Shown here piece after piece: positions 10,387-20,388 of a stretch of 52,936 bases of DNA (within the stretch, counting starts at the first letter, position 1; each line of letters starts with the position of its first letter). The notes beneath the pieces were generated by a model. It did no database searches. It was not told the DNA's origin and was given only the letters and a program-made list of their open reading frames with translations. The stretch comes from Escherichia phage JEP7, in the sequence record MT764207.1; one strand, given 5' to 3'. Position numbers and translations under genes: made by a program.

Positions 10387-10392
10387 CCACTA

Positions 10393-10421
10393 TTTACTTA
10401 ACCGAGGCGCCAGCCTATAAT
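10393..10421 (+). promoter_or_regulatory. sigma70-like promoter embedded in an inverted repeat
   Basis: TTTACT 10393-10398, N17, TATAAT 10416-10421; GCGCCAGC...GCTGGCGC dyad straddles the -10. Confidence 0.45.
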
Positions 10422-10453
10422 AAGCTGGCGCACCCAATAAGAGGATTCTCCAG

Positions 10454-11092
10454 ATGGCAAATCGTACTACAGCCAACCGTCCTGTTAAAGACGCAGACCT
10501 GCGTCAAGAGTCGGTTACTCAGTTCCCGTTAGCAAAGCCGACCAAGCTTGATGAGAACGGAAAATTCATTCCAACCCCAGTTACCGGTGTAACTGTTACC
10601 CCTAAAGCTAAGTCAATTGCTGTTGGTGAGTTTACTACTCTGACAGCAGCAGTAGCCCCGGCAGACGCAGATGACGTCACCGTATTGTGGGAAAGCGATA
10701 CACCTGCTAATGCAACTGTTGATGGTTCAGGTCGTGTTCAGGGTATCAAAGTAGGTTCAGCAACTATTACTGCTAAATCCAAGCTTGACCCTGCCAAAAC
10801 CGATACCGTAGCAATTACGGTAACTGCTCCGCCTGTAGCCGTCACTGGTGTTACGTTAGCGCCTAAGTCGCCCAGCGTTGTAGTAGGCTCTACTGTACAG
10901 CTGACTGCAACTGTGCTGCCTGCTGGCGCTACTAACAAAGCTGTTACCTACGAGTCCAATGACACGGCTAAAGCTACTGTTAGCGCTACCGGTCTGGTGA
11001 CTGGTAAAGCAGCTGGCGTCGTCACCATCACTGTCAAAACAGCTGATGGCAGCTTCACTGACACCGCGTCAGTAACTGTTACTGCTGAGTAA
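10454..11092 (+). CDS. Ig-like (BIG2) domain protein
   Basis: 212 aa with two repeats of the pattern VTGVT..PK...VGxT.QLTATV.P..AT...V.W.S....ATV...G.V.........TIT typical of bacterial Ig-like group 2 domains. Confidence 0.6.
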   Translation: MANRTTANRPVKDADLRQESVTQFPLAKPTKLDENGKFIPTPVTGVTVTPKAKSIAVGEFTTLTAAVAPADADDVTVLWESDTPANATVDGSGRVQGIKVGSATITAKSKLDPAKTDTVAITVTAPPVAVTGVTLAPKSPSVVVGSTVQLTATVLPAGATNKAVTYESNDTAKATVSATGLVTGKAAGVVTITVKTADGSFTDTASVTVTAE

Positions 11093-11103
11093 GGAGCTGA
11101 TTG

Positions 11104-13233
11104 ATGTCGCTTCCACTTAATGAGGTTGTCGACGTCCAGTTCAGTAAGAGCAACGGGGGTAAAGGTTTTACCCCCAATGTTCCGCTGGAAGGTATAATGC
11201 TTTCTAACTACGAGTACTCAATCGTCGCGGGTGATGACCCTGTTCAGCTAGTTGTGCGTTACATTCCAACCAACGCTACTGAGCGTGGTATGGCATGGAA
11301 ATCTAGCGACCCGGACGTTATCACTGTTGATGAGCTCGGATTTGTGAAGCCACTGGCGGAAGGTGTTGCATACGTGACTGGTACGTCTGTTGACGGCGGT
11401 TATACAGTACGGGCAAAGTTTAACATTGCTCGGGCACCTATCCTTGTTGAATCTGTTACAGTGTCTCCCACAAGTGTGACGCTTGAAGAGGGCAAGACTC
11501 AACGCCTGACATACACCTATTTACCTGCTAATGCAGACAAACCTGATTTCTACTGGATTTCAGACGATGAGTCTGTTGCTATAGTTAACGACAGCGGGCT
11601 TGTCACTGCCATTGGAGATGGCGAAACAACTGTAAACGTGCAGTACGGTGTTGACAGCTCTATATTCGATAGCTGTACTGTAACTGTTATTCCGCCTGTT
11701 GTACACGTTACAGGAGTTGAGTTTCTTACTCAGTCGCCTATTAACGTTAATATCGGAAGCACAGCTGGTACTAGTATTCGTATATCGCCAGAAGATGCCA
11801 CTGACAAAACAGTGACATACGAAAGCAGTGCGCCTGATGTAGCAACTGTGGATACTGACGGAAATGTTACTGGTATTATAGCTGGTAATGCCACTGTTAC
11901 TGTTAAGACGAATGACGGTGATAAGACTGACACTCTTGACATTATAGTCAGGGTACCTGCTGTAAATGTTACAGGTGTAAGTATTGATGAAGGCGATACA
12001 GCTTCTATGGAGGTTGGTGACACGCTTCAGCTACATGCCACTGTGACTCCTGAAAATGCTACTGACCCGTCTGTTGTATGGAGTGCTCCTGTATCAGAAG
12101 TTGCGTCTGTGACTGAAGCTGGTTTGGTAACCGCTAACGCTGCAGGTTTAATTGATGTTACTGTTATCACTAATGATGGGAACTTTACTGATAGAATCGA
12201 GGTTAAAGTTACAGACCCCAGAATCGCAGTTACGGATGTTGCATGGGCTCCTGACTCTCCGACTAAAGTAAGTGCCGGCCATCAGGTGCAAACTAAAATT
12301 GTTATAACACCTGACAACGCAACTAACAAAAAAGTTAGCTACAATAGTTCAAACCCAGACGCTGTTACTGTTGACACTAACGGAGTTATATACGGCCAAT
12401 CTCCTGGAACTTCGACTATTACAGTTACAACAGACGACGGTGGACTTGTTGCTTCGTTTGTAGCGACTTGCACAGAGGTGGCTGTTATTACACCAGATGG
12501 TCTTGGTGGTATTCCAGTAGGTGGTACTCAGCAGTTCACTTACACTGTTAACCAGTCTGACGCTGAGCTGACTAATATTCGTTATGAGTCTGCTGACCCA
12601 GCTATTGCAACTGTTGATTCATCAGGCGTTGTAACTGGTGTTGCTAGCGGCGGATGTAACATCTGGATTTACGCAACTAGTAATGGTGCTGACATTAGCG
12701 CAGCTACTTGGGCACAAATTTCTGAGAGGGTACAGGTCTATCCGCAGTATGCTGAATGGCTTGTGGGTAACACCAAACAACTTGATGTTGAGATCTATCC
12801 GTCGGACTCTAAGAGCGTTACTGTTACTTATAGCTCGTCAGATGACTCTATAATTAGTGTAGATGCAAATGGCTTGATGACTGCTAAGTCTGAAGGTTCA
12901 GCAACTATTACTGCTAACGTTGTAATGAACGGTGTTGCTGCTTCTGGTACAACATCTCCTTACGTGTCTGAGCTTTCTGTTACTACGGATTCGCTGCCTG
13001 CACTTACTGTTGGTAACACGCAGCAGCTCGTTGTAACTGTTAGACCTGAATACGCTAAGACAGACGCAGGCTATAGCATTCAGTATACAACTACAGACGA
13101 TACTGTCGCTACTGTAAGTAATGCTGGTGTTATTACTGGTGTTGGTAGTGGTGGATGTCGTATTGGTGCCACAGTAACTGTGAGAAACGCTACAGCGTCG
13201 GACAGCTCTTATCAGTCCGTCGATGCAGCATAA
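11104..13233 (+). CDS. multi-domain Ig-like (BIG2) repeat protein
   Basis: about 709 aa with at least six tandem Ig-like repeats of the same pattern; ATG at 11104 with AGGAG RBS (track starts at a TTG at 11101). Confidence 0.6.
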   Translation: MSLPLNEVVDVQFSKSNGGKGFTPNVPLEGIMLSNYEYSIVAGDDPVQLVVRYIPTNATERGMAWKSSDPDVITVDELGFVKPLAEGVAYVTGTSVDGGYTVRAKFNIARAPILVESVTVSPTSVTLEEGKTQRLTYTYLPANADKPDFYWISDDESVAIVNDSGLVTAIGDGETTVNVQYGVDSSIFDSCTVTVIPPVVHVTGVEFLTQSPINVNIGSTAGTSIRISPEDATDKTVTYESSAPDVATVDTDGNVTGIIAGNATVTVKTNDGDKTDTLDIIVRVPAVNVTGVSIDEGDTASMEVGDTLQLHATVTPENATDPSVVWSAPVSEVASVTEAGLVTANAAGLIDVTVITNDGNFTDRIEVKVTDPRIAVTDVAWAPDSPTKVSAGHQVQTKIVITPDNATNKKVSYNSSNPDAVTVDTNGVIYGQSPGTSTITVTTDDGGLVASFVATCTEVAVITPDGLGGIPVGGTQQFTYTVNQSDAELTNIRYESADPAIATVDSSGVVTGVASGGCNIWIYATSNGADISAATWAQISERVQVYPQYAEWLVGNTKQLDVEIYPSDSKSVTVTYSSSDDSIISVDANGLMTAKSEGSATITANVVMNGVAASGTTSPYVSELSVTTDSLPALTVGNTQQLVVTVRPEYAKTDAGYSIQYTTTDDTVATVSNAGVITGVGSGGCRIGATVTVRNATASDSSYQSVDAA

Positions 13234-13258
13234 AAATTAATTAACTTTGCCTCGGCCA

Positions 13259-13287
13259 TTTACTTGGGTAAACTTACTGAGTATAAT
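13259..13287 (+). promoter_or_regulatory. sigma70-like promoter flanked by an inverted repeat
   Basis: TTTACT 13259-13264, N17, TATAAT 13282-13287; CGGCCAT...ATGGCCG dyad flanks it. Confidence 0.45.
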
Positions 13288-13319
13288 GGCCGGAAAGTCC
13301 ACCCAAGAGGTAATCAAAA

Positions 13320-14459
13320 ATGCCGTTGAATGTAAACCAGATTGTAAACGTTCAACTGAACAACACTCCAACTGGTATCAGCAAAGGTGACTTCGGTAAG
13401 CTGGCTCTTTTAACTCAGGACCCTGGCACTGCTTTTCCTGACAGCGAAAACGGACACTATGTTGAAATCGGCAGCTACTCTGAAGCCGAGTCTTATTGGG
13501 GTACTGGTTCAGTTGTGCTTGGCGCGTTGAAGATTTTCTTTGCACAATCTCCGCGTCCTCGTTCAGTAGTTATCGCCTCATGGAACAACACCTCTACTCT
13601 GGATGCGGCTATTAAAGCATTCAACGATGTGTACCCTGACTGGTATGTTCTGCGTCCGCTCCCACCTACTGGTGAGCTGTCTGACGATGACATCGATTTG
13701 CTGGCGTCAACTGTTGCTGCTTACGACAAAAAGCGTTGCAGCTATACTACCACTAAAGCAACTCATATTGAAAACAGCGACTCCAACCCGATTAAAGTTC
13801 TGGCTGGTAAAGGCTACAACAATATGTGGCTTCAGTACGATAAGAACAACCAGCACTACGCAGACATCTCTGCTATGGCGCGTGCTCTGTCTGTTAACTT
13901 CTCTGGTAACCGCACCACTATTACCATGAAGTTCAAACAAGAGCCTGGTATTACACCGAACAACACTTTAACGCTTACTGAAGCTAACAAGTGTAAAGCG
14001 CTGGGTATTAACTGGTACACCTACTACAGCACCTTTGCTATGCTTGCAGAAGGTACTGTCCTTGGTACGTCCAAGCCGCCGCGCTTCTGGGATGAAGTAC
14101 ACGGTCTAGACTGGTTCTGTAATGCAGTTCAGACTTACGTCTTCAACTCAATCGCTACGTCACCCACGAAGGTGCCGCAGACGAACAAAGGTCACGAGCG
14201 CCTTACCGGTGCTGCAGCTGTTGCTTGTCAGCAGGCTGTCGACAACGGCTTGGTTGCGCCTGGTATCTGGTACGGTGATGAGTTTGGTACACTGTCTTAT
14301 GGTGACCGACTCGAAACAGGTTTCTACATCTACATCCCTGACGTAGATGACCAGCCTCTGGATGAGCGTGAAGCTCGTCAGGCCGTTGTAATGCAAATCG
14401 CGATTAAGCTGGCTGGTGCAATCCACTCCAGCGACATCCTGATTAACTTCACTCGCTAA
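13320..14459 (+). CDS. tail sheath protein (putative)
   Basis: 379 aa, first gene of tail block, followed by a tube-sized gene, a frameshifted chaperone and the tape measure gene; assignment by gene order. Confidence 0.4.
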   Translation: MPLNVNQIVNVQLNNTPTGISKGDFGKLALLTQDPGTAFPDSENGHYVEIGSYSEAESYWGTGSVVLGALKIFFAQSPRPRSVVIASWNNTSTLDAAIKAFNDVYPDWYVLRPLPPTGELSDDDIDLLASTVAAYDKKRCSYTTTKATHIENSDSNPIKVLAGKGYNNMWLQYDKNNQHYADISAMARALSVNFSGNRTTITMKFKQEPGITPNNTLTLTEANKCKALGINWYTYYSTFAMLAEGTVLGTSKPPRFWDEVHGLDWFCNAVQTYVFNSIATSPTKVPQTNKGHERLTGAAAVACQQAVDNGLVAPGIWYGDEFGTLSYGDRLETGFYIYIPDVDDQPLDEREARQAVVMQIAIKLAGAIHSSDILINFTR

Positions 14460-14470
14460 GGAGCAGATCA

Positions 14471-14902
14471 ATGATCATCGATTCTTCTGAATGCGTGTTG
14501 AGCCTGAATGGTGTTCAGCTGTCCGACTGGGCAGACGGTGCCGATGTCATTGACGTGCAATGGGTGGACCCAGCTTCCACCTATCTTGCAGGCGCTGATG
14601 GCGGTGGTATCCAGATTATGAACCCGTCCAAAGCCATTAAGCTGACTATCAAAGTTAAGCAAAGTGGTCCGGACGCCAAATGGCTTAACGACCAATACAA
14701 CCTGCAGCGTAACAACATTCGTGGATTCGTCCCGTTTGTGCTGCAAGCTAAAGACCTGCTGAACCAGGATTTGGCATGGGGTAAAAAAGGTTACTTTACC
14801 GATGGTTCCCCGTGGACTCGTGGTAACGGCCATAACCCGACTACCTTCTCTATTGTGTTCCACCAAGGTGGCATGCAGTTGACTGAAGGCTTTGACCAGT
14901 AA
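14471..14902 (+). CDS. tail tube protein (putative)
   Basis: 143 aa, between sheath-sized gene and chaperone; synteny only. Confidence 0.4.
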   Translation: MIIDSSECVLSLNGVQLSDWADGADVIDVQWVDPASTYLAGADGGGIQIMNPSKAIKLTIKVKQSGPDAKWLNDQYNLQRNNIRGFVPFVLQAKDLLNQDLAWGKKGYFTDGSPWTRGNGHNPTTFSIVFHQGGMQLTEGFDQ

Positions 14903-14920
14903 CAATAAAGGAAAGCACAA

Positions 14921-15349
14921 ATGACTGAGCCCAAATCATTTGACATCGACGACGTAACGTACAACATGACACTCGCAAACGCGCTGCAAGCCTGGACAGT
15001 CCTGAAAAAAGCAGGTAAGCTGTTCAAAGGCATTGGCAACGCTGACATTGTGGGTAAAGACGGCAAAGTGGACGGTAAGAAAGCAATGCTGGTCCTGTTG
15101 GACGCTGTTCTGGAGAACGCAGGTTCTGACGAGATGACAGCTATTGAGGAATTAATCTTCCGCAATACTGTTGTTGTAGTTGATGGCAAACCGCGTAAGC
15201 TGTCTGACTGTAAAGACCAACACTTCAACGCATATCGTAGCCACATCTTCGGTGTGCTTAAGGAGGGATTGGTATATCAGTTCGCGGATTTTTTCAAAGG
15301 GAATGGCCTGTCAGGTCTAGCGGGTCTAGCCACGCCCTTGACGAAATAA
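14921..15349 (+). CDS. tail assembly chaperone (G-like, short form)
   Basis: 142 aa immediately upstream of tape measure gene; contains slippery heptamer T_TTT_TTC near its 3' end. Confidence 0.55.
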   Translation: MTEPKSFDIDDVTYNMTLANALQAWTVLKKAGKLFKGIGNADIVGKDGKVDGKKAMLVLLDAVLENAGSDEMTAIEELIFRNTVVVVDGKPRKLSDCKDQHFNAYRSHIFGVLKEGLVYQFADFFKGNGLSGLAGLATPLTK

Positions 15350-15531
15350 AACGCAAGCAACAGTCAGGGACGCAAGAAACTGACTGGTTCATTTGGCTTC
15401 CTATTCTCAAGGGTCATGTGACCCTTGCAGAATTAAAGTCGTCTTACAGCTTGTGTGATTTGTGCGACCTGCATATTGCTATTCTGGACTATGCCGAGTT
15501 AGAGGAAATCCATGGCGACCATAATCGATAG
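14921..15531 (+). CDS. tail assembly chaperone, -1 frameshift-extended form (GT-like)
   Basis: slippery site T_TTT_TTC at 15289-15295 in the zero frame; the -1 frame is open for 78 codons from 15295 to TAG at 15529-15531, filling the apparent gap before the tape measure gene. Confidence 0.5.
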
Positions 15532-17173
15532 CTTTCTGGTAACGCTTGAGAGTAAAGCCGATAGCGCAGGCTTTGACCTCTTCGACCAGCTGTCCCGCCG
15601 TTTTGTGATTACCCTCGGCGATGTAATCAATCTTGCTGAGCGTGCCGCTGGTGCGCTCGGTAGGATGTTTGCGCCTGCGTTAGAGGCTGACGTACTCGCC
15701 GCCAAGATTAAAGGCTTCGGCTACGACGTCGAATCGACGTGGAAAACGCTGATGGATATGTCTTTGCAAATGGGTACACCATTTCAAGAGGCACTAGACG
15801 GCTTTACTAAACTTAAAGCGTATGGCGTTGACCCGTTAAACGGTTCACTACAAATGCTCAAAACAATCACTGCTGCAACAGGCGGTGATTTGGCGCGTAC
15901 CATTGTTGCGTATGGCCAGGCAACTGCGATGGGTTCATTGCAGGGCCAGGAAAAGAACCAATTCATTAACGCCGGTGTTGACATCTGGGGCGCATTGTCC
16001 CGTTACACTGGTAAGAAGCTTGGCGAGCTTCAGGATATGATGCGGCAGAAGCAAATCACTGCCGACATACTGACTAGCGCGCTCAAACAAGAAGCCGAAC
16101 GTTTAAAACCAATTGCCCACGAAGTGTCGCAGACACTCAAAGCGCAGTTAACTAACCTGAGTACAATTTGGTATGCTGCTCGCTCTAAGATTACCCAGAC
16201 CCGAGTATGGGACGAGGTAACCAAAGGCGCGATAAATATGGTTAAGTCACTTACCGCAGTGCTTAACGATACCACACTTACTGCAGCATTTAAAAAGTTT
16301 GATGAAATTGTATTCAATACAATTGAAAATATAAAACGACTTATCTACGTTATCGGGGATAACTTCCCGTTAATGGTTGCAATAACTTCGTACGCACTAT
16401 TGGCACTTATTCCCGTGCTGACTAAGGTCGGCAATGCCTTTGTGGGTTTAGCTGCCAAAATACTTATGAACCCGCTTACGTGGATTGTACTTGCTATCGG
16501 CGCAGTTATTGCTGTACTCGCTGACCTCGATGATGCTCTGGCAGGACGTGAGACAGTTGTTAAGTGGTCAAAAGACGTTGTTGCTGCATGGGGAATTGTC
16601 AAGCAGTATATCGTAGTTATTGCAGACTTTATTCTGTCAATATTTGACGGCCGCTTATGGAACCGGCTCGGTAACTGGTGGCAAGGTTTCCTCGGCGAAG
16701 TTAAGCAAGGCATAGAGCAAATAAAGCTGTGGTTGTCTGAAGCACTTTACCAGCTGCCTGGCGGTAAGTTCCTGATGGCGTTGTTTGGTAAGCTCGATTC
16801 TACGCTTGGCTTTGCTGGCAACAAACTTGTGACAGGTGCTGAGGCCACTGTTAATGCTGTGTCGCCTACAACTGAGCAGGGCGGAAGCTTCTGGAGTAAG
16901 GCACTCAACTGGTCAATGCGTAACTTCAACCCTATCACAGGGGAGATGACAGCTGGGGGTCAGGCTATGCAGTCGGCGATAAATACTGCTAAGCAAAACC
17001 AGCAGCAGAACGCGACTGTTATCCACCAGGATAATAGCGTTAAAGTTGACGCTACTATTACCGGTGTACAGAACCCACAAGAAGTAGGTCGTGAGGTCAA
17101 TGACCAGGTCAAACAGGCGCAGAAAGAGAATGCTACTGTAAGGGCTAACAACAAAACGGCGGTAACACAATGA
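15512..17173 (+). CDS. tail tape measure protein
   Basis: 553 aa; Ala/Gln-rich helical protein with central hydrophobic segments (LMVAITSYALLALIPVL..., IVLAIGAVIAVLADL); directly after chaperone frameshift cassette. Confidence 0.65.
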   Translation: MATIIDSFLVTLESKADSAGFDLFDQLSRRFVITLGDVINLAERAAGALGRMFAPALEADVLAAKIKGFGYDVESTWKTLMDMSLQMGTPFQEALDGFTKLKAYGVDPLNGSLQMLKTITAATGGDLARTIVAYGQATAMGSLQGQEKNQFINAGVDIWGALSRYTGKKLGELQDMMRQKQITADILTSALKQEAERLKPIAHEVSQTLKAQLTNLSTIWYAARSKITQTRVWDEVTKGAINMVKSLTAVLNDTTLTAAFKKFDEIVFNTIENIKRLIYVIGDNFPLMVAITSYALLALIPVLTKVGNAFVGLAAKILMNPLTWIVLAIGAVIAVLADLDDALAGRETVVKWSKDVVAAWGIVKQYIVVIADFILSIFDGRLWNRLGNWWQGFLGEVKQGIEQIKLWLSEALYQLPGGKFLMALFGKLDSTLGFAGNKLVTGAEATVNAVSPTTEQGGSFWSKALNWSMRNFNPITGEMTAGGQAMQSAINTAKQNQQQNATVIHQDNSVKVDATITGVQNPQEVGREVNDQVKQAQKENATVRANNKTAVTQ

Positions 17174-18066
17174 GTGACATCTTTGCTGGAATTACTGATG
17201 CTGCCAACGACTTGTACCAAGAAGCCCGCGACAGACTCATGGGCGACGGTACGACCACCTTACGCTTCCGCAACTGCGGAGGCATTAAGATGGATGCTGT
17301 CACCAATGAGGAACATCAGTCTGACCTTGACATCGCTGACAATGAACTTGAGTCCGGGGCTAAGGCTTCGGACCATGCTGCAGTACAACCAAAAGTTATT
17401 ACTGTAACTGGCGTGGTAGTTGGTTATATCGACGAGTCAATTCAAGAGTCAACAATTAAGGATGTAACCGGTCTACGGTCTATGGATTTCTTGGATGATA
17501 TTCAGCTTCCACAGGTAGTGTCTACTGCGCTTGAAGGAACAAGGGACTTTGCTGTTAACAAGCTAGCATCCTTTATAGACTGGGGCGGTTTAGACGCTAC
17601 CATTTCACGCTCTTTAGTTCCATGGCTTCCTGACTTTAGTATAGCTGAACAGCTTAAGTCTTCGGACAATATGAGGATTGAACAGGTATACCGTACCTTG
17701 CTGGATTTACAGAAAAACGTTATCTACTGTGACGTTGACACTGGTATCTTCAAGTATACGAATATGCTTTTGAAGTCTGTTCGTGTTGTACAGGAGAAAG
17801 ACGGTTCAGCTACGTTTACCCTTACGTTCCGTGAAGTCATCGAAGTGCCGATTGTAGTTACAAACGCTGTAGCCGCTAAGTCGACAGGTCGCCCTGCTAA
17901 TAACGGCACTAAGAAAAGCGGACGTGCACAAGGACAGGGTGATGCCACCAGTAAGAAGGACATAAACACAACTACACCGATTAGCGAGAAACGTGTAAAC
18001 GATAACCGCGGTTTTGGTGTAACACTCGGTGACATGTTTGGCTTTAACTTACGAGGCATATTCTGA
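17170..18066 (+). CDS. tail/baseplate protein (putative)
   Basis: 298 aa ORF after tape measure gene; position only. Confidence 0.3.
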   Translation: MSDIFAGITDAANDLYQEARDRLMGDGTTTLRFRNCGGIKMDAVTNEEHQSDLDIADNELESGAKASDHAAVQPKVITVTGVVVGYIDESIQESTIKDVTGLRSMDFLDDIQLPQVVSTALEGTRDFAVNKLASFIDWGGLDATISRSLVPWLPDFSIAEQLKSSDNMRIEQVYRTLLDLQKNVIYCDVDTGIFKYTNMLLKSVRVVQEKDGSATFTLTFREVIEVPIVVTNAVAAKSTGRPANNGTKKSGRAQGQGDATSKKDINTTTPISEKRVNDNRGFGVTLGDMFGFNLRGIF

Positions 18067-18458
18067 TGATATTTACCACAACTGCTTTCCTTGACATTAT
18101 AGGTAATGATGGTTCTGGTATTTACGACTTGGAACCTACCTCCGAAGGTAAGCAATCAATATCAATTTCTATCGCTGGATATACGTATAACATTGAGTTG
18201 TACTATAACACGGTAGGTCAGCTCTGGCAGGCTACAGTGACTGACATATCAAGTAATGCTGTACTTTGTTCCAGTTATGCTTTACAATATGGGCGTATTG
18301 CTTTTGGTAACTGGGACACGCGTATAGCGTTGCTGGTAAGTGACAAATCCTCCAGCCGCATCGGTCCTATGACTACAGATGACATGGGAGGACGTTGCAG
18401 TGTCTACATCGTCGACAAAACAGCCTACCCGTCAGTTTGGCCGCGCGTTAAAGCTTGA
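18066..18458 (+). CDS. tail/baseplate protein (hypothetical)
   Basis: 130 aa; ATG overlaps upstream stop. Confidence 0.3.
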   Translation: MIFTTTAFLDIIGNDGSGIYDLEPTSEGKQSISISIAGYTYNIELYYNTVGQLWQATVTDISSNAVLCSSYALQYGRIAFGNWDTRIALLVSDKSSSRIGPMTTDDMGGRCSVYIVDKTAYPSVWPRVKA

Positions 18459-19359
18459 GGTCAGCAACGGTAAAGATGAAGGCATAATCATCTCAAATCT
18501 TCGTGTTACCTTTGACATTCAAAAGGGTAACACGAAGCATCCAAACAAAGCGACAATCACAGTGTTCAACTTGACTGAATCCAACCGTTATAAGTTGGCG
18601 TCAGGTACCTGGGATTACGTCCGTCTCTCTGTGGGTTACGGTCTTGACAACATAGTTTATCGTTTGATATTCGAAGGCGATATTACTCGTGCTAACGACC
18701 AACGAAACGGCCTTGACATTCAGACTGTTCTCGAATGCGGCGATGCCCGTAAATCTTACAACGATGGCTTTGTTAATACGACGCTGGCTGCTGGCTCTAC
18801 GTATGACAGTGTTGTTGACGTTTGCCTGGCTAGTATGCCAAGCGTTGAAGAAGGGTACGTCTGCCTTGACAGCAACAAACCAGCTTTCCTGAGAGCACGT
18901 ACTCTGTTCGGACAAACGCACAGTGTACTCGACCAGGTTGCTGCTGCCAACAAGGCTACCTGGTCTATACAAGACAATAAACTTAATATCATTCCTAATG
19001 ACTCTGTTACTGACTATGACGTTGTTGTGCTGTCAGAATCGTCTGGCATGATTGGTGCTCCTCGCGGCACAGACAAAGGTCTTGAGGTTACTTGCAACCT
19101 GAATCCTACTCTGGCCATTGGTGGTCTTGTACAAGTAAATTCTATGTTTACACAGTACAACGGACAGTATAAAATCGACACTATAAGATTTCGGGGTGAC
19201 AATAAACCGAAAGGACCGTGGCGTGCTGACTTGACGGTTCTTGGCGGACAGTTCGCGAAGAAAGTTCGTCGACTCAAGAAGCCACGCAAACTGTCGAAGA
19301 TTGAGTACGACTATGTTACTGAACCCGGTGTTGACCATACAGTAGGCGGAGGTAGCTGA
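18400..19359 (+). CDS. baseplate hub / tail protein (putative)
   Basis: GTG at 18400 preceded by GGGAGGA RBS (track ORF starts at ATG 18379, same frame); about 319 aa. Confidence 0.3.
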   Translation: MSTSSTKQPTRQFGRALKLEVSNGKDEGIIISNLRVTFDIQKGNTKHPNKATITVFNLTESNRYKLASGTWDYVRLSVGYGLDNIVYRLIFEGDITRANDQRNGLDIQTVLECGDARKSYNDGFVNTTLAAGSTYDSVVDVCLASMPSVEEGYVCLDSNKPAFLRARTLFGQTHSVLDQVAAANKATWSIQDNKLNIIPNDSVTDYDVVVLSESSGMIGAPRGTDKGLEVTCNLNPTLAIGGLVQVNSMFTQYNGQYKIDTIRFRGDNKPKGPWRADLTVLGGQFAKKVRRLKKPRKLSKIEYDYVTEPGVDHTVGGGS

Positions 19360-20006
19360 TGTCAGCTATTGATTATAATACAGCAACACTTGACGAGGCC
19401 ATTGAAGCTGCACTGTTTGCCGCAATGATTGGTAAGCGCCACTGTTTACCTGGTCGTATAGTATCGTTTAACAGTGACCTACAGACTGTTGTTGTTGAGC
19501 CTATGGTTAGCGCCGAAAACGAAGATGGTTCAATGAGACCACTACCACCAGCAGCTGATGTTCCTTTATTCCAGCTAGGCGGTGGTGATTTTGTTATAAC
19601 GCTTGAACCAAAGAAAGGCGACCCGTGCTTACTTCTTGTTGCCGACAGATGTATTGACGTATGGTATGAGCTGGCTGAAAACGCTATACCAGGTGACTTC
19701 CGACAGAATGACCTGTCAGACTGCTTCTGTCTTGTGGGCTTCAGACCTAAGCCTCTGAAGATAACAAACTGGATGGAAGGCGTAACTATCCGTAAGGTTG
19801 ACGGAAGTCACTATATCAATATTAATAATGCTGGCAAGGTATCGATAAAGGCTACAGTAGTGGACTTGCTTGATACACCAACACTTAATGCACCAAACAC
19901 AGAAGCCAAGTTTAAAGAAGTTGACATTGGCGGCGTTAAGATGTCCAAACACAGACACCAAGAAAATGGTGACGGTGGCGGTATTACTAATGGCCCGCAA
20001 AACTAG
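19359..20006 (+). CDS. baseplate spike protein (gpV-like, putative)
   Basis: 215 aa, His-rich C-terminus (KHRHQENGDGGG); synteny with W- and J-like genes. Confidence 0.35.
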   Translation: MSAIDYNTATLDEAIEAALFAAMIGKRHCLPGRIVSFNSDLQTVVVEPMVSAENEDGSMRPLPPAADVPLFQLGGGDFVITLEPKKGDPCLLLVADRCIDVWYELAENAIPGDFRQNDLSDCFCLVGFRPKPLKITNWMEGVTIRKVDGSHYININNAGKVSIKATVVDLLDTPTLNAPNTEAKFKEVDIGGVKMSKHRHQENGDGGGITNGPQN

Positions 20007-20016
20007 GTAACCCACA

Positions 20017-20388
20017 ATGCGAACTAGACGACTCGATTCAAACTGGGACTGGAATTTTGGGCGTGGCCGACTTGACTACGCCGATACGTCTGAGTCCATT
20101 GAACAACGCATCGTGCAGATACTCCGCTGTTATACTATGGACTGGGTACATGACCTGGACTATGGTATTGACTGGTTCGGACTAATGGAGAAGCCTGTTC
20201 GATGGGCTGACCTGGAAGCTGCAATCAAGACAGCAATACTTGCGGAGTATGGAGTTAGTTCTATCGAGAGCTTTACCCTAAGCTTCGACCCTGACTCACG
20301 TCACGCTGTTTATTCGGTTGAGGTTAATGATATTTACCACAACACAACCTCTATTAACAGAAGTATTAATTTAACCGGAGAAAACTGA
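20017..20388 (+). CDS. baseplate wedge protein (gpW/gp25-like, putative)
   Basis: 123 aa small protein immediately upstream of J-like gene. Confidence 0.35.
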   Translation: MRTRRLDSNWDWNFGRGRLDYADTSESIEQRIVQILRCYTMDWVHDLDYGIDWFGLMEKPVRWADLEAAIKTAILAEYGVSSIESFTLSFDPDSRHAVYSVEVNDIYHNTTSINRSINLTGEN

